64,000 nucleotides of DNA, from the NCBI GenBank assembly GCA_951406725.2, contig OX597823.1:76322001-76386000 (forward strand), in the 5' to 3' direction. The notes beneath the pieces were generated by a model. That model did not search any database, was not told the origin of the DNA, and was given only the letters and a program-made list of their open reading frames with translations. Both the position numbers and the translations under genes were made by a program. Source of the stretch: Octopus vulgaris (Eukaryota). Shown in pieces: positions 1 through 14,319 of this stretch (position 1 is the stretch's first letter; every line of letters begins with the position of its first letter).

Positions 1-52
1 CATACATACATACATACATACATACATACATACATACATACATACATACATA
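1..52. repeat. (TACA)n microsatellite
   Basis: Perfect tetranucleotide run at the window start. Confidence 0.95.
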
Positions 53-964
53 CGTACGTACATACGAACACACAATAAGACAGAGAATGTGAGACAAAGA
101 AAGAGAGAGAAGCCCACAAATATATTATCAGTCATACACATATATTGACATGTATACAAATATACGGAAATATACACATACATACGTGTGTATGTGTATG
201 GGTGTGTATGCGTATATATGTAAGCATGTGCATATCTATGTATCTGTGTTTATGACTTTGCGACACCTACATATCTTATACACCACTATGAATAATGCAG
301 ATATCTGGCAAACAGTATGAAGATATTTTATGAAAACAAAATTTGATAAAATATTGATAGAGAAATTATGAAGTATCAAGTTTATTTTCAGTTTATTTTC
401 TCAGCATGATCTCTATGTTTTATATCCAACAAAACCGAAAATTTTAGTGCTTCTACGTAAAAAAATTCTGACATTTTACTTTCTTTTCCTCAATATTTGC
501 AACAAAAAAACAAAGAGCATAAAAAAGAATTATAACAAAATTTGTTGGGTTTTATCTTTTTTGTTAAAATCAAAATAATCAATACCAACGTAATAAAAAT
601 TGCATGCAGTATTTCTTTTCCAGCATTTTCAATTCAAAATATATATTTTTTTTATGATTCCATTTTAGATCCATAATCCTGATTTCAGGAAATGTTCAGG
701 TAAGTCTTCTCAGCTATTTATATCGCAAAATTATCTTTTACTAGCGGAAATTACCTTCTTGGATTTTTCTCATTTCTAGTCTTATAAGGATTTCTAATAA
801 TTGGATGCAGAATTGCAGTAAAGGTTGTGCATATTCTGTTAAATTTGGAAAAAGAAACGAAAGACAAAATCAATTTGTGTTGGCATTTGAACTCCAAGTA
901 TAAGAACATCTAACTAAAACGTACAAGCGACTTAGCTCCTTTGTAATAGCATATCAGAACCTAA

Positions 965-1160
965 ATAATAATCCTTTCTTATAGGCACAAGGCCTGAAAT
1001 TTACAGGAAGGAGACTAGTCGATGGCATTGATCCCAGTACTTAACTGGTACTTACTTCATCGACCCCGAAAGGATGAAAGACAAAGTCCACCTCGGTGGC
1101 ATTTGAACTCAGTATGTAATGCCAGAAGGAATGCTAAGCATTTTGTCTGGCTCCTTGCCT
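965..1160 (-). mobile_element. SINE family A (Nin/Deu-like core), degenerate copy
   Basis: Reverse complement of the core gcctttcatcctttcggggtcgat...aagtaccagt seen in full at 6860-7260. Confidence 0.8.
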
Positions 1161-1192
1161 TCAGAACATAAATAACAAGAGCAGCAGCAGCA

Positions 1193-1592
1193 GTAGAGGC
1201 GCAATAGCCCAGTGGTTAGGGCAGCGGACTCGCGGTCGGAGGATCGCGGTTTCGATTCCCAGACCGGGCGTTGTGTGTGCTTATTGAGCGAAAACACCTA
1301 TAGTTCCACGAGGCTCCGGCAGGGGGTGGTGGCGACCCCTGTTGTACTCTTTCGCTCCAACTTTCTCTCACTCTTTCTTCCTGTTTTTTGTCCCCGACTT
1401 CCTGTGCAACCGCTGAGCCTGGATGCGCATTCATCCATCCGTCGATGCTCTCGGTGTCGGGGGTGGACCTGCTTTCTCTTCTGCGGGTCTACGAATAACA
1501 AAGGACCACGTTTCGGACTTCTCTCACTACAGACTGAGGCGCGATCTTGCGAGCTCTGGGACGAAAACCGCTTCACTCAACAAGCAAACAAA
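1193..1592 (+). mobile_element. SINE family C (tRNA head), tail type 1
   Basis: A-box-like tagcccagtgg and B-box-like gtttcgattcc. Closely similar copies at 23317-23677 and 35430-35814. Ends in a (CAA)-like tail. Confidence 0.85.
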
Positions 1593-2731
1593 GCAGCAGC
1601 AACAACAACGACAACAGTAGTGATAATGAGGATTATGATGATGGTGGTGGTGGTGGTGGTTTCTTTTATTATCCGCAAGGGTTTAGATGAGAGGGTATAG
1701 AAAGAGCCAGTCTATGACACCAAACATTTTGTCCGACGAGTTAACGATTCTATCAATTCACCAACAACAAGAACAGCGAAGGCGAAGATGTGTGTGTTGG
1801 AAAACGTGACGTTTTAACTAATCTCTAAATAAATGCAGTAGCGAAATTCGTTAGACGCCTTGGTCTGTGTGCAAATCCTGCCGTGATCGATTCTGCGTTT
1901 CAGTTATTTGGGCTCCATAGAATAAAGTACTAATCTTGATTACTCAGACCCGAATGAAGCCGACTACTGTCGCAGAACTCGGTGATTACACCAAGTACTC
2001 GAACTGTCATCATTCTATACCCAGTGTTATGTTGCCTTCTATACTCGCTCACTCTCATTCTTCTCATTACCTCGAATGCATGGACATATACCAGAATACC
2101 AAGATATATATATACCCAGGCCTATTTCCCCATTTTTTTTTTAGGAGGGGATAGTCACAAGACATAAACCAGGCATTCCATTCATTTCCCAGCTGAAAGG
2201 GGCGGACCCTTTTCTATGCTCGGGTGAAGGCATAAAAACGCAATCCCCTGGGTATGACTAAATTACATACGGTAGTGGGACCTTAGGGTCCTGGTTTCAG
2301 GGTTTGAGGAGTGTGGAACCACCTTTTAGCCACAATTGTTCTCAGGTCTACACTGGCCTGGAGTGGTAGCACCTGTAAGGGTTCCAGCTATGGGTTGACT
2401 CGCAAACCGCACTGCGACTGGGTGGGGGCGTAGAATGCAATCGCCGTAGTCGCTGCGTGGCGTAAGAGCCGACAAAAAGGGGCGGGAGCAAAGGGACTGG
2501 GAATCCTCTCCTAGTAAATCCATTTTTCTAATAAGATAGCATTGGCGAGGATCTATTTCGGGCTCCCTTAGTGTTCTACTGCTTTATCTCTTATCTTGTC
2601 CGTGCTTCCATCGTACCTCTTGTGTGTCCATAACTTGCATTGTATGAAAATCGTACCTACCATTTTGCTACGTATCAGCAAGCTCATATCTTCGAAAGAT
2701 GCAGAATGCTGTCTATTTTCCATCTTACTAA

Positions 2732-3118
2732 TCTCTCTCTATATATAAATCTGAAGTTGTCTATTTGTGGCAGGTTTGGTAGCCTTCAACTAACACTATC
2801 TCCTCCGACACCCTGCGGCGCAAGTTGACCAAAATTGATAGTATGATAGAAGAAGGCTTGCTCTTCATTCCGTAGAAGATAAAATTCAAATCGGACCATG
2901 TTAACACCAAAAGTTATTTACATCAAAAAGGTGCGTTTTTTTTTCTATGAAAATCCCTATTTTTTGACTGCTGTGTCGCCATTTTGCGGTGTATTTCAAC
3001 CAGAAAAATGTTCACTTAAAGAGAATAACAAGCTACATAATGCAAAATGTTTACTTTTCAAAAATTCCAATTCTAAAGGGTCGAAACAAACCCGAGCAAC
3101 GCCGGGCGATACTGCTAG
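2732..3118 (+). mobile_element. Non-autonomous Helitron
   Basis: Starts TC, ends with hairpin cccgagcaacgccggg then CTAG, sits between A and T. A full-length homolog lies at 28671-29058. Confidence 0.85.
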
Positions 3119-3194
3119 TACTTCATAAAGTTAGCTTGAAACTGAGTTTTGCTTACACGTCAATAAAGTTCCTAATCCCTTACAGATTCAGATA

Positions 3195-3520
3195 TTATAA
3201 CAAAGTCATCGGTATATAGTGATTTCTAGGGGCATCCAGTCTTAAACTCTTCTGTTGTGGCCTGGAGGGTGTCATAATGGCAGGGTGCTGAGAAGTGATC
3301 CCTGGCGGATCTGCGACTGAACACTAAATTTGTCACTGTAATCCTTGCCAATTGTCAACTTGTCGGAATTCTCTATAGTGGATGTACGGCTCTCACAAAC
3401 ACTTCTCTATTTCCATCTTGCTCAGTAACCAGCAGATCACTGAGCGAGCGATCCCATGAAAAGCATTGTCCGGATCGACAAATGCAAGCTAAGTACTGTT
3501 CCTGCAGTTACCTCACTTGC
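3195..3520 (-). pseudogene. RTE-clade LINE reverse transcriptase fossil
   Basis: Disrupted minus-strand translation LAFVD..NAF, QGS.LS, EEFKTGCP, LYTDD matches the RTE RT motifs AFVD.EKAFD, QGSVLSP and YADD. Confidence 0.75.
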
Positions 3521-3672
3521 AAGGCTACAGCAGTACCACTTCTTTATGCAATAATGCTGAATTTTATCTTATCTTTTCTAACTTTTCCCAGTCAGTTGAA
3601 GCATATGTCCGTGAGGGTGCGCGCGCGTGTGAGTGCTCATGCGTGCGTCTATACACGCGCATATTTTTATAA

Positions 3673-3675
<3 letters not shown>

Positions 3676-3703
<28 letters not shown>

Positions 3704-3763
3704 TATGTATATATATATATATACACACACACATATATATAAAGATACATATTACATATATGG

Positions 3764-3804
<41 letters not shown>

Positions 3805-3900
3805 TATATATATATGCGCACAGTCATACATATAAATACAAATATTTCTATTATTATATAATACTACTCATGGATGTGTGTGTGTGTGTGTGTGTGTGTA
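3676..3900. repeat. Compound (CA)n/(TA)n/(TG)n microsatellite
   Basis: Direct inspection. Confidence 0.9.
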
Positions 3901-5221
3901 CGCACATCCTTTATTATACAATGCAAATCTACTTTGCTTGCATATCAGTAAATATTGAGCTTTTCAGAAAACTTCTTTTCAATATTTTTCTCTTTTTAAT
4001 ATAATTTTCCTTTCTCTCTTTTTTTCCCTCCTTTACTTTTCTAATAATTGTTGCCACCATCAGGCATTTAAAAGACAAATAGCAAATACTTCCTTAATGT
4101 TCTTGTGCGTTTCCTGGAATTTCAATGCCAATAACTCTAGGAGGATGTATAGCAATATCTGAATGGAATAATGAATATAGATTCAAACACTTGTGATGCA
4201 TTAACATACAAATTGCACCTCTTCAGCTGATGCATTACTCTAACATATTCAAGCAACTGGTGTGGCTGCGAATATGATTGTGTTAGTATATTGCAGTTAA
4301 TTCACCTTCCTCTACGTAGCGTAGTTATGCGTATGTGTGTATGTCGAGATTTAAGCAGAAGGGTTAACCTAAGCCAAAACAGAACTTTCATTGTATTAAT
4401 GTGTGTATGTGTGTGTGTGTGTGAAGTGTGAGAGTGTCTAAAGACAAACACCAGAACGTTTGCACACACACCCACACATACACACACATACACGCACACA
4501 AACACACACACACACATACACAATTTTTTAACATACTAACCCTCAGGACAGGACATATAAGAATTTCCTTGTGTAATGACAGCAGAAAGCTTTGAAAAAT
4601 CTCACGGAGATCGCAGATGTCTTTGCAAAGGTCTTGGCCTTTCATTTCTTTGAAAAATGATGTTTGGTGACCCCTTTCTATAGCTGAATAACACTATTGA
4701 AGCAGATCTCTCCGATAAAGGAAGCTGCTAGAAAGTGAATATATTCCGCTGAAAACTTACCGGTTGTTCCTAATATTCACATATATATTTTTAGTTGTGG
4801 GTCTTGATAAGGTTTTTCATATCACTTATTGGAAAACTTTTTCTCTCTCTCAACTCACCCTCACATCATCTGCAGTTTCTGTTTGATACCCTATGTCTCT
4901 TTATCTTTTATTTATTTCTCTCTTTCTCGTTCGTATTGTGCAATTCTCTATCTACTATAATGATTTATATCGTTCACACATAATACCCTATCAATAAACA
5001 AATATTTCCTGATAGCCTATCCTAATAGATTTCTACTAGAGTTTGTTTCCAAACAATACATTCCTAGACAAATGATCCATTCCATTTAAAGCAGACAATG
5101 CCAAGGAAAAAGCCAACTAAATTATTGATCCGTAAAATTATAAACCACAGTTGAGATCTTTCACAACACCATTTATTTATTTTATTTACTTATCTGTCTG
5201 TTTGTCAATATCTACCAACCT

Positions 5222-5770
5222 TATATATGTATATGCATACAGACACACACACACATGCACACACACACATATATATTTACGTACATACAAACCGACACAC
5301 ACACACATATGTATGCATCTATATATGTTGTGTGTGTATATATCTCTACATTTATATGCATGTGTGCCTTTGTATATATATATATATACACACATACTTA
5401 TATGTGTGTATATATATATATATACATACTTATATGTATATATATATATATAAACATACATATATACCTGTGTATATTATGTATATAGGTAGATATATTA
5501 TGTATATAGAGATGCATATGTTCACACATGCACAAAAACACACGCATACATATATATATTTCTCTTTCTCCTTCTCTCTCTCTCTCTATATATATATGTA
5601 TGTATGCATATTCATATATAAATACAGCAAACATTCAATATATAAGCATATGTTCATATATATGTATGTGTGTGTGCATGTATGCGTGTGTGTGGATATG
5701 TAGTTATATGCATTTATAGACAGATACATTTATATGTGTTGGGGGAATTGTATGTATGTAAGTATTTAAT
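5222..5770. repeat. Degenerate TA/CA/TG low-complexity tract
   Basis: Direct inspection. It is the source of spurious YI/HT-rich ORFs. Confidence 0.85.
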
Positions 5771-6860
5771 GTCTATCTTATATTTCATTTACAAGATAGT
5801 CGGAGAAAAGAAAGAGAAAAGTGCAGTGCTTGTGACCTTTGCAGACACTTAGAGACCTTGGTATGAATATATGTTGGTCGTTACTTTAGAAAAAGTGTAA
5901 TTCTGAAAAGAAATACCAACGGTTTGATTTCTAGAGAGGAAGGATTGTGTAAGATATTCACCACTCGTCTGGATGGAAGTGAGACAGTGAGTCTAATGAG
6001 CGTAAGAAAAGCATCAAGATGAAGTGGGCCTGACTGAGGAGGTATGTAATGCAGTGACGTAACTAATAGGGGTGCAAAAGGAGCAACTGCTCTTCCCGAG
6101 CAAATTTTCAAAATTGGCATCTTTTCAATAAATGTTTTTAACTCTTCCGTTCACTCCTGCGACAAAAGTCGAATCTCTTTTTTTTTTCTCGTTTTGTTTT
6201 TCTTTTTCTTGCTATTTTCTTAATTGCATGGTCTTGCAAAAACTTTCTGGAGTCGTTATTTCATTTTAGCAACCTCCCGTGTTTTTCAACTCTCTGCTCA
6301 ATCTCCTGTGATGTGTTGGTGACCGCTGACTTCTAAAGAACCAAAACAAACCCTGTTGTCATAACCTCTCGACACTGGAATTTCATCTTTTCCACTTCAC
6401 ATCTGTTTCAATAGTTGTAACTCACATGCATAATGACACTGTTACTGAAACAGGAAATTAATGAATATATAAAATCCAATTACGTATATTATAACAAATG
6501 AAATATCTTGCGTAATATAAGAGGTATACTTGGTATGTGTCATGGCGCCATTTTCTTTCCTTGTGTTCGTTCCATCTAATTTGAAACCCTGGCTACTCCT
6601 CTGATGCAACGGCATATCAAGTGTGCGTCAAGGGTAGCCCTTGAGTTTACCGCCCAGCGCCGTATTATAAGCCAATAAAAGCATGTGAAGCAAACCAAAA
6701 GTGTCACCCTCATAAAAGAACCACCCAGAGCTGACTGCCTCCCTCCTCGACCCAAACTAACTCTGCATCCAGGTTGTGACATGAAGGAGGCGAAGCTACC
6801 GCTCTTATGGGTAGTTAAGATGCAGATAGACCTTCGTTGGTTATTAGGTATTTTATGCAA

Positions 6861-7260
6861 GGCGGCGAGCTGGCAGAAACGTTAGCACGCCGGGCGAAAT
6901 GCTTAGCGGTATTTCGTCTGCCGTTACGTTCTGAGTTCAAATTCTGCCGAGGTCAACTTTGCCTTTCATCCTTTCGGGGTCGATTAAATAAGTACCAGTT
7001 ACGCACTGGGGTCGATATAAGCGACTTAATCCGTTTGTCTGTCCTTGTTTGTCCCCTCTGTATTTAGCCACTTGTGGGTGGTAAAGAAATCGGTATTTCG
7101 TCTACCGCTACGCACTGAGTTCAAATTCCGCCGAGGTCGACTTTGTCTTTCATACTTTCGAGGTCGATAAATTAAGTACCAGTTGAGTACTGGGGTCGAT
7201 GTAATCGACTTACCCCTCCCTCACAAATTTCAGGCCTTGTGCCTATAGTAGAAAAGATTA
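6861..7260 (+). mobile_element. SINE family A, dimeric (full copy with tail 1, then partial copy with tail 2)
   Basis: Head ggcggcgagctggcagaaacgttagc, B-box gagttcaaattc, core tcatcctttcggggtcgat..aagtaccagt. The core repeats from about 7091 with a different tail. Confidence 0.85.
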
Positions 7261-7518
7261 GGTATGTTATGCGAACATACGAGGTTTGTGTGAGAGTATG
7301 TTACAGACTGACATACACACAAACACACATACACATACACACTCACTCACGCACACAAACGCACACACGCACTCGCACGTTCGCTCAGACACACACATAC
7401 ACACTACAAACAAAAGTGCAAATGGCCATCTGCATGCGATAGTAGTGATGTAGTCAGTATGCTGAACATTTAGCGAAGAACTATTTTGATTTATTATAGA
7501 AATATCTTGAAATCATGC

Positions 7519-7792
7519 TCAAGCGTGGTCGTCTGGTAAGACATTTACTTCCATTGCATATGGTTCCTGGTTCAGTCCCACTGCATGGCATTTTGGCAAG
7601 TGTCTTCTACTATAGCCCTCGGGCCGACCAAAGCCTTGAGTGGATTTGGTAGGCGGAAACTGAAAGTAGCCCATAATATATGTGTGCATGTGTGTGTGTG
7701 TGTCTTTGTGTCTGTGTTTGTCTCCCAACACGATCAGGCTGTTCGCTCGATCGTGTCAACTGGAACACTCATCGCCATAGCCGACGGAGAAC
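7519..7792 (+). mobile_element. SINE family B 5' half fused to a family C type-2 tail
   Basis: The family B head and core end at about 7730. Sequence 7735-7790 matches the 3' tail of the 17672-18026 element. Confidence 0.7.
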
Positions 7793-7805
7793 CAGACAGT
7801 ATGTA

Positions 7806-7843
<38 letters not shown>

Positions 7844-7916
7844 GCTTTATAAATTTATGTATATGCATATGCATATGCTCATGTGTGTGATGCGTGTTTT
7901 TGTGTGAGAGAGAAAG

Positions 7917-7954
<38 letters not shown>

Positions 7955-9084
7955 CAGTGCAAAGAAGTTCAAAATGTATCTATAGCGTAATTATGACGTC
8001 ATAATATCAGTGATGTTTGCCTGGAGCTTTTTTTTTACAATGCTTTTCTATCTCTTTCAACATGGAAAGCAGATGAAGAAGTTTTCTATACTTCGTCCGT
8101 TGGTGTTGAATGAAGGCGACATCTTTGACAACACTGTATTTCGAATTAGGAAGCGTCCATACAAGAACTAAAGGATAACGTCTACTCTTGATTATAATAA
8201 TCTTTATGGGTGGCTGAAACCACGGTTATGACGGCAGTTTCTTCCCGAAATTGAGGAATATATTCGCTGCAAAAATAGTTCGGCCATCAATGTTTCCTTG
8301 ATGGTTCATTCATAAGTAATCAATGAAGTCCATGTTTCCATTTCACTAAACCACACTTCAGCATTTGATACTCCCATGCTGGATGTACACGCAACCGTTA
8401 CTGCTCCTCTGAATACTGCACATGCATTGCGGATGAAAAACGGAAGTGGCGATATTTCACTCGCGCAGATGTGTATAGTACCTCAACAGCCACAGCGAAA
8501 GCATTTCACCTTTACTTGGATATCAGTCAAGCTTTTGAAACACACCCTTTTATCCTCTAGACACTGATACGTGCGTAGATTAATACTTTTTCTTTGAAAG
8601 TGAGATGGTGGTTACACCTATCAGACTCGCTCGTTCTCACTCAATATGCCCAGTGGCAAGATAAATTAAACTCTACTGCATGAGAATACAGGAGATACAC
8701 AAAATGGCTAAACAGCTATTCAGAACTTACAATACCATCTAACTTGGTGAATGACGAACATAAAATATTATATGCTTCCAGGCATCATCACGAGTTTCGT
8801 GACAGTACGTTGGTACATACACAGTTAACCACACTGTTCTGCTGCTGGCTACTTCGATATTGTTTCCTTATTTCTTCCAGGAAACATTCGAATGAAATAC
8901 GAACATGCCTCTAAGAGACACACATATTTAATGTCCATATACATATACATAATCAAACGACCATTGGCTCCACTGGATGACCATCGGCCATTTGATACTT
9001 TTTGTTTCTTGTAGTATCTAAAATTACTTACCTCAAGACACTAGCTTACCAGTTTAGTCACTGACCACCATATAACAAAGTATA

Positions 9085-9490
9085 TTCTCTTTTATTTGTT
9101 TCAGTCATTTGACTGTGGCCATGATGGAGCACCGCCTTGAGTCTAGCAAATCGACCCCAGGACTTATTCTTTGTAAGCCTAGCACTTATTCTATCGGTCT
9201 CTTTTGCCGAACCGCTAAGTTACGGGGACCTAAACACACCAGCATCGGTTATCAAGCGATGCTGGGGAGACGAACACAGACACACAAACATTTACATACA
9301 CACATATATATATATATATATGCATATATACGACGGGCTTCTTTCAGTTTCCGTCTACCAAATCCACTCACAAAGGCTTTGGTCGGCCCGAGGCTATAGT
9401 AGAAAACACTTGCCCAAGGTGCCACGCAGTGGGACTGAACCCGGAACCATGTGGTTTGTGAGCAAGCTACTTACCACACAGCCACTCCTA
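9085..9490 (-). mobile_element. SINE family B (tRNA head, CORE-like accttgggcaagt, internal microsatellite; OR2-like)
   Basis: Full-length match to about 15 other copies in the window. Confidence 0.88.
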
Positions 9491-10879
9491 CTTTTTATTG
9501 GTAGCACTGTCGTGGGTCCTTATCGTACACACACGCATGCACACATTTGTGACCGCGTATGTAAGTACATATACGTATGCATTTATGCATGATATTTGCA
9601 AGACGTTAATTTAAGCAATTCGTATAGATGTAAGACTAATTTATGTAAGTGGTCTCGCAGAGCGCTCCAGATTTATGCATATTTTTATGCAATCAAGATA
9701 CTATGAAGTTTCAGACATGTCTAGTACCTCTTGCAAAGTATAGTCTTCCCTTCGCTTTTATATAAGAAGTCTGATATCTCTTACACATTTTTTTACTTTT
9801 TCTTCATAACTCAGCAATTCTATTTACAACGAGGAAGCACAAAGAGGCGGCAAAAATCTGTGAAAATGGTGCAATTACCTGTACGTATGTATGTTTGTAT
9901 GTATGTATGTATGTATGTATGTATGCATAAAGGGGCGGCAAAAATCTGTGAAAAAAGAGCAATTACCTGTATGTATGCATTTATATATGTATGCATGTAT
10001 GCATATATGTACGTTTGCATGCATGTACATATATATGTGAACATGCCTACGTACAAGCACGAAGTGCAATGAGAGAGATTTGGTTCCTAATTCTACGAGA
10101 TCTACCTATTGTTCGGTGAATCTCATGGGCGGATCAAATGTACATCTGAAGATAAGAGAATAATTTATAGTACGGGGAATGTGGTTACATGGTTTGTTCA
10201 TGCATAGATATCCACATAAAACACTAGAGAGTGATGTGAGGGAGACCGAGATATAATTTCCATTATGATTCGATATAAGATACATCTGCCTTCGTAGATT
10301 CTTAGGCGTTTTACGTGGATACATAAGATTTGTGCGCGTACAAGTATTACGCACGCACGCACACACACATGCACACACGAGTATACGTACACACTGAGAC
10401 ACACACACAAACACATACACACGCACACACACACACAAGCATACATACACATTGTCACATGCACACATCCACACACACATGTCTACACGCATCTAAAAAT
10501 GCAGACACACTCATGTAGAAACACACGAACATCCGCATTCAGATAAACAACACACACATATAAAGAAATGGAATATGTCCGGAATGTGTGTGTGTGCGCG
10601 CGCCTGTGCACGTGCGTGCGTATGTGTGACAGAAACAAGATTAGAATACCAAAGGGATGATGGAAGAGAGAGTGTATGAAAGAGACAGAGAAATAAGCAC
10701 AACATATAAAAACAAACACAAAAATACACCCATACACAGAGACCCAGAAACGTGCGCACGCTTTTTGCAAAAGGTGCACCTGGTTATACGTTTTCTATAA
10801 TAGTGATATACGCAATATGTTGAACTTTATTGAAGAGTCCATTTTGTTTTATTAAAGACATATCTCGAAATGTTGCTCA

Positions 10880-11036
10880 GACGTGGCTGTGTGATAAGAG
10901 CTTTACCTCCAAACCACATGGTTCCGGGTTCAGTCCCATTGCATGACACCTTGGATAGATGTTTTATAATATAGCCTCGGCCGATCAAAACCTTGTGGGT
11001 GGATTTGGTAGACACAAACTGAAAGAAGTCCGTCAT

Positions 11037-11071
<35 letters not shown>

Positions 11072-11077
11072 GGAGTG

Positions 11078-11116
<39 letters not shown>

Positions 11117-11368
11117 TTGTGTGTGTGTGTGTGTGTGTGTATGCCTTTGTATCTGTTTGTCTCCCACAACCGCTTGACAACCGTTGTTGGTGTACTTACG
11201 GCCCTATAATTTAGCGCTCTGCAAAAAACAACAAAAAAATAAAGATAGAATAATACGAGGCTTAAAAAATGCAAGGGCTGACACCGATTGGTTTGACTAA
11301 AATTCTTCTAGATATCGCCCCAGCATGGCCGCAGTCAAATGACTGGAACGTGTAAAGGATAAAAGATA
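10880..11368 (+). mobile_element. SINE family B
   Basis: Head, expanded (TG)n/(GA)n interior, tail ccagcatggccgcagtcaaatgactg. Confidence 0.85.
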
Positions 11369-13229
11369 CACGTTTTGATAATAATAAATGTTTTAGTAAG
11401 ATATTCACTATGTAAATTATACTGTGTTGATACACGAATGATTATATGCTCTGTGGCCATAATTTTGTGCCACATTATTCTTAATTCAGTTTAATTACAA
11501 GAATTTGGGCATTCTTTCGATATTACTCGACAACATCAAAACATTTCACTTCGGGTATTTCCGTGGGTTGTAGAGTATAGATATAACGAAATTATGCCAG
11601 CAATGTCTCATTTTAAACTTGAAGAAAAAAAAGCCTTGCATATTTGTTGTTATCTGTTTTATGCGTGTATGTAAAATCCGCAAATTTCCAAGCAGAAAGC
11701 AGAATCGAACTGTCATTTGCTTCCACGGAGATACCCGAAGTGAAATGTTTTGATTTTGTCGAGTTATATCGAAAGAAATTTGTAAGCGTGAATGTGCCAA
11801 GAGTGAAGTATATGTTCCAGGTTGGAACCCCTTAATCTCCTGTACGGAAATTCCTTGGTGAAATGTCCTTACGGTTAGAGTAACACTACTTTACTCCCTG
11901 TAATTGTGTTATGGTACCAAATCAAGTTACACAGTGTGTTTAAAAACTCAACGGTACATAAAAGAACCTTACAACCTCGAAAACAAGAACATGATTCTGA
12001 CTTCCCTATAGTCGTAAGATATTTGGTTGAGCCTCTTGTTGCACACATTCTCTAGCCTCTGATCACCGCAAAAGTTTGAAAAGAACTTGAAAATTTCAGA
12101 GACAAAAGCTCAAACGCCACTGTTATAATCATAATCACAATATGGAAATATCTAAACTTCTTTGGACTACACATTTTTCTTGCTCTCACTCTCTTTTTCT
12201 CTATCATTATGTGTGTCTCTCTTTTTTCTCATGCACACACAAATACACACCTATAGATATAGATATATTATTCATATATAGCTTTCACTTCTACCGTTCT
12301 TGAAATCAGCACGTTTTCAACGGTTTTTCTTAGAAGCTGACAAAGGTTGCAGGAAATATTTGGCGACAGGATAGTGATAACAGGAATTCGATTTCGTTAC
12401 GATGAATTGCCACCAGTGGTAATATTTGACGATTTGATGAAACATATGTTGTGACTTCATGTGGATTTTTAAACAAAAGGAAGCTAACAAGATACAAGAC
12501 TGATAAGTACACACTTTGTTTAAAAACAGTAAAAGGAAGCTACTTGCTTACAGGAGGCAAGTAAGTCATTTCATCTTCATTTTCATTTATATTCATAATT
12601 TATTCGTTATATGGTTTTATGTATCCTAATATATTGCTTTGTCTGTCTTTTGTGTTGTCCCTTCTCTATGAGGCCTTGTGCCTAATTAAATAAATAAGGG
12701 GAGTTGAGCTTAAGCCTAGGCGCAGTAAGAGGAACTGATGACCCTTGAAACGTGAATACAAACGGAATAAAACAATTTTCGCATAAATCGGACCACGGAT
12801 TCCCGAGATACAGTTTTTTTTTGTAGGTACCTTCATAACTAGCGAAAACGGTGCATGATGGGAACATACTCCGAAAGTAACATAACCCTGAAATGGGAAA
12901 ATTGTTTCCATTGAGTTTATGTCTATGTTATATAACAATTTCTTTTGCATCTTTATAGAAGTGTGCACATACGCCGTAAATAAATGCTGTTACTGGAGTT
13001 CATGTTAATCCTGGAAGTTCTGTTTCTACTAGATGCTGTAAATAATCAATAAGACCTTAAACATGAACTTGCAAACAAGACATATGATGAGACGGACGAA
13101 TTTAAATATTTAACTGAATCATCATAAAAATTAACTTTCATTTCAATGCAATGCTGAAATCGGCTTCACTGTTATATAAGTTGAGCCATCAGTGACCCAA
13201 CGGGTCACGGATAGTCTAATAAATATATA

Positions 13230-14319
13230 TGTATATATATGTGTAAAAGTAAAAAAATATACAAACTGGGACAAGAACGTGAAACATTTAGAAGACGACA
13301 CAAAAAACACAAAATTCGAAGCCCTCAATCATCAGTCAAGAACCGGATCATCTTCGCAATTTCGGCTGATTAATCTTGAGATTGCTCCGATCTGGGCATC
13401 CCCCAAGGGAAATCTAAGCCAAGCGCATTAGATTCCTTGGAAGAAAGCCTCGAATGTATACAACACAGGGACGGAAAACGGACGATGTTACACGAATAAA
13501 AATACAAAATAACGTAAAAATAATAACGATAGATCGAATAAGAATACAAAATACGTAAAAACAGTAATAACAAAACCAGGACGTCAGGACAACCGTCTTT
13601 TCGACAGGACGAGTTAAGTTTAGGGCTGGCTATGGAAGAGTGCCTTAAGGCCACAGGAGAACAAACAAATACGTGTTGCCACAATGACTGCTAGATGCGA
13701 AAAGGCAGTAGTAGCTGGCTGGTCACGTGAGCACAAGAGAGAGGAGAAAGGGACAGATGAAGAGAGAAAGAAGGGGAACAAGGGAGGAGAAGAAAGAGAG
13801 GGAAAGAGACAGGTCAAGTGGGGTGTAAGGTGTGAGAGGCAGAGAAATGTGGGAGGAGGAGGTACGGATGAAGAGAGAAAGAAAGAAGGGGAACAAAGGA
13901 GGAGAAGAAAGAGAGGGAAAGAGACAGATCAAGGGGAGTGCAAATGGTGAAGGCAGAGTAATGTAGGAGAGGGGGGAAAGAGACAGTGTAGTAGAGTCGT
14001 ACCAATGTTAGAGAGTAATATACTTACGTATAGTGTCAAAAAGTGGGTACGTAGCCGCCATGTATATATGTAAAAGTAAAAAAATATACAAACTGGGACA
14101 AGAACGTGAAACATTTAGAAGACGACACAAAAAACACGGACGGGACATTCGAAGCCCTCAATCATCAGTCAAGAACCAGATCATCTTCGCAATTTCGGCT
14201 GATTAATCTTGAGATTGCTCCGATCTGGGCAGCCCCAAGGAAATCTAAGCCAAGCGCATTAGATTCCTTGGAAGAAAGCCTCGAATGTATACAACACAGG
14301 GACGGAAAACGGGCGATGT

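Noticed and set aside
1193-1270. tRNA genes at SINE heads (also 6861, 21722, 27545, 32271)
   Set aside because: A and B boxes are present, but no complete cloverleaf is evident and each continues into a SINE body.
1212-1700. 162-aa ORF and similar ORFs recurring at 23282 and 35350
   Set aside because: Read-through of SINE family C; the similarity reflects the repeat, not a gene family.
8030-8960. Possible decayed Tc1/mariner on the minus strand
   Set aside because: Only vague motif similarity, with no TIRs or catalytic motif that I could confirm.
9846-9980. Direct repeat ggcggcaaaaatctgtgaaaa..gcaattacctgta with ~88-bp period
   Set aside because: Simple local tandem duplication next to a (TATG)n tract, with no sign of function.
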